UHGV virus genome: UHGV-0179013 | Reading direction: 5' to 3' (one strand) | Length of the DNA stretch: 42,129 bases | DNA from: a virus | Shown here: piece by piece, positions 40,816 to 42,129 of the stretch | Layout: each line of letters opens with the position of its first letter | Position numbering within the stretch: the stretch's first letter is position 1 | Position numbers and translations under genes: made by a program | Notes under the pieces: generated by a model | What the model was told of the DNA's origin: nothing | The model's input: only the letters and a program-made list of their open reading frames with translations | Database searches by the model: none

Positions 40816-42129
40816 ATGGATAAAATCACATATCCAACAGGCGTCGAAAACCACGGTGGCAGTCTGCGCATCTGGTTTAATTTTAAAGGTAAGCGCGTCA
40901 GGGAAAACCTCGGTGTCCCTGACACCGCTAAGAACAGGAAGATCGCCGGGGAACTGCGGGTGTCGGTATGCTTTGCCATCCGCACGGGAAGCTTTGATTA
41001 TGCTGAACGGTTTCCAGATTCACCTAACCTTAAAATTTTTGGGTTGGGCAAGAAAGAAATCACAGTGAAAGAACTCGAAGAGAAGTGGCTGGATCTGAAA
41101 AAGATGGAAATCAGCGCGAACGCGCACAAACGGTACGAGTCGGTCGTGGCAGTTGTTGTACCGCTGATCGGGGCTACCCGACTAGTGACAGCGATTGAGA
41201 AAGAAGAGTTGCTGTACATCAGGAAAGAGCTTTTGATGGGTTATCAGTGCGCGGCAAAGGGCAGGATCCCTGTTAAGGGCCGGAGCGCGGTCACCGTCAA
41301 TTACTACATGACGACTATCGCCGGAATGTTCCAGTTCGCCGCCGATAATGGGTACATAAAGGCAAATCCCTTTGATGGAATAAAGCCATTAAAAAGGGCC
41401 AGGGTGGAGCCAGATCCGCTCAGCCGTGATGAATTCATCCGTCTGATAGATGCGTGCCGGCATCAGCAGACGAAAAACATGTGGTCACTGGCGGTGTACA
41501 CAGGTGTTCGTCACGGAGAACTGGTTTCCCTGGCATGGGAAGATATAGACCTTGAAGCGGGTACAATAACAATTCGCCGTAATTATACAAAACTGGGCGA
41601 GTTCACACTACCGAAAACGGACGCCAGTACGGATAGAGTGATACACCTCATTCAGCCAGCCATCGATGCGTTAAGGAATCAGATGGAAATGACTAGACTC
41701 GGGCAGCAGTATCACATCAACGTGCAATTGCGTGAATATGGTCGAACAACGCAGCACAGCTGTACATTTGTCTTTAACCCTAAGATAGTCCGTCGAAGTA
41801 AGGATGTGGGGGTTATCTACAAGGTTGATTCGTTTGGTGACTCGTGGGACGCAGGGTTAAAAAAGGCGGGGATCAGGCATCGAAAAGCTTACCAGTCGCG
41901 CCACACTTACGCGTGCTGGTCACTGGCCGCTGGCGCCAATCCAAGCTTTATAGCCAGTCAGATGGGGCACGCTAGTGCGCAAATGGTTTTCAATGTGTAC
42001 GGCGCATGGATGGCAGACAATAACGCAGAGCAGATCGCAATGCTGAATCAGAAGCTGGGTGATTTTGCCCCATTGATGCCCCATAGACCACAAACTAGCA
42101 GTAGAGGATTATTAAAATCAGTAAGTTAA
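40816..42129 (+). CDS. int: Tyrosine recombinase / phage integrase (lambda-type, with N-terminal arm-binding domain)
   Basis: 437 aa; catalytic-region signatures TGVRHGEL, SRHTYACWSLAAGANPSFIASQMGHAS, NVYGAWM (R, H-x-x-R, Y); stop codon is the last three bases of the window. Confidence 0.9.
   Translation: MDKITYPTGVENHGGSLRIWFNFKGKRVRENLGVPDTAKNRKIAGELRVSVCFAIRTGSFDYAERFPDSPNLKIFGLGKKEITVKELEEKWLDLKKMEISANAHKRYESVVAVVVPLIGATRLVTAIEKEELLYIRKELLMGYQCAAKGRIPVKGRSAVTVNYYMTTIAGMFQFAADNGYIKANPFDGIKPLKRARVEPDPLSRDEFIRLIDACRHQQTKNMWSLAVYTGVRHGELVSLAWEDIDLEAGTITIRRNYTKLGEFTLPKTDASTDRVIHLIQPAIDALRNQMEMTRLGQQYHINVQLREYGRTTQHSCTFVFNPKIVRRSKDVGVIYKVDSFGDSWDAGLKKAGIRHRKAYQSRHTYACWSLAAGANPSFIASQMGHASAQMVFNVYGAWMADNNAEQIAMLNQKLGDFAPLMPHRPQTSSRGLLKSVS

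Larger units (their letters stand above)
1..42129. mobile_element. Prophage / temperate phage genome segment: lambdoid regulation, replication, lysis and head modules joined to a Mu/P2-like contractile tail; integrase at right edge, ends not contained in window
   Basis: Continuous phage gene order integrase-excisionase-early genes-repressor/cro-replication-Q-lysis-terminase-portal-protease-capsid-sheath-tube-tape measure-baseplate-tail fibre; tight operon packing with overlapping stop/start codons. Confidence 0.9.

Noticed and set aside
1-42129. CRISPR array, IS element or transposase
   Set aside because: No spaced short direct-repeat array and no transposase-like ORF; the only repeat arrays are the cos-like TGGGACA cluster and the in-gene acidic tandem repeats.

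Overview
The whole 42.1 kb window is a single temperate-phage (prophage) genome segment; I found no rRNA, tRNA, CRISPR array or IS element. All calls rest on reading the ORF translations and the DNA by eye, with no database search. Layout, left to right: (1) an SOS-type module at 1-654, with a candidate LexA box between a DinI-family gene and a divergent small ORF; (2) a minus-strand Mu/P2-type contractile tail cluster at 723-12645 (fibre, baseplate, tape measure, frameshifted chaperone, tube, sheath); (3) a lambda-type head and packaging cluster at 12642-20937 (FII, FI, E, D, Nu3, C, B, W, terminase large and small subunits) with a cos-like TGGGACA repeat array upstream of the small terminase; (4) a late accessory region holding two plus-strand morons, a Rha regulator and an unannotated 54-aa zinc-ribbon ORF; (5) a phage-21-type lysis cassette (pinholin with dual start, SAR endolysin, Rz with embedded Rz1); (6) the most interesting feature, an AT-rich two-gene plus-strand cassette at 26128-28205, inserted in inverted orientation between the Q antiterminator gene and the lysis genes, that encodes a YejK/NdpA-like protein translationally coupled to a RelA/SpoT-type nucleotide pyrophosphokinase; I propose it as a candidate undescribed toxSAS-like abortive-infection or defence module; (7) a minus-strand early operon (Cro-like, KilA-N/ANT, replication initiator, DnaC-like, DnaB-like, Q); (8) an immunity switch with a non-cleavable CI-like repressor and operator half-sites; (9) an AT-rich plus-strand early-left region of small unknown ORFs ending in an excisionase-like gene and a tyrosine integrase whose stop codon is the last base of the window. 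Other observations worth a second look: homopolymer tracts (G9, C8) sitting exactly at reading-frame junctions, an oop-like antisense terminator, a 32-bp direct repeat bracketing the Rha module, and a reused terminator hairpin family.
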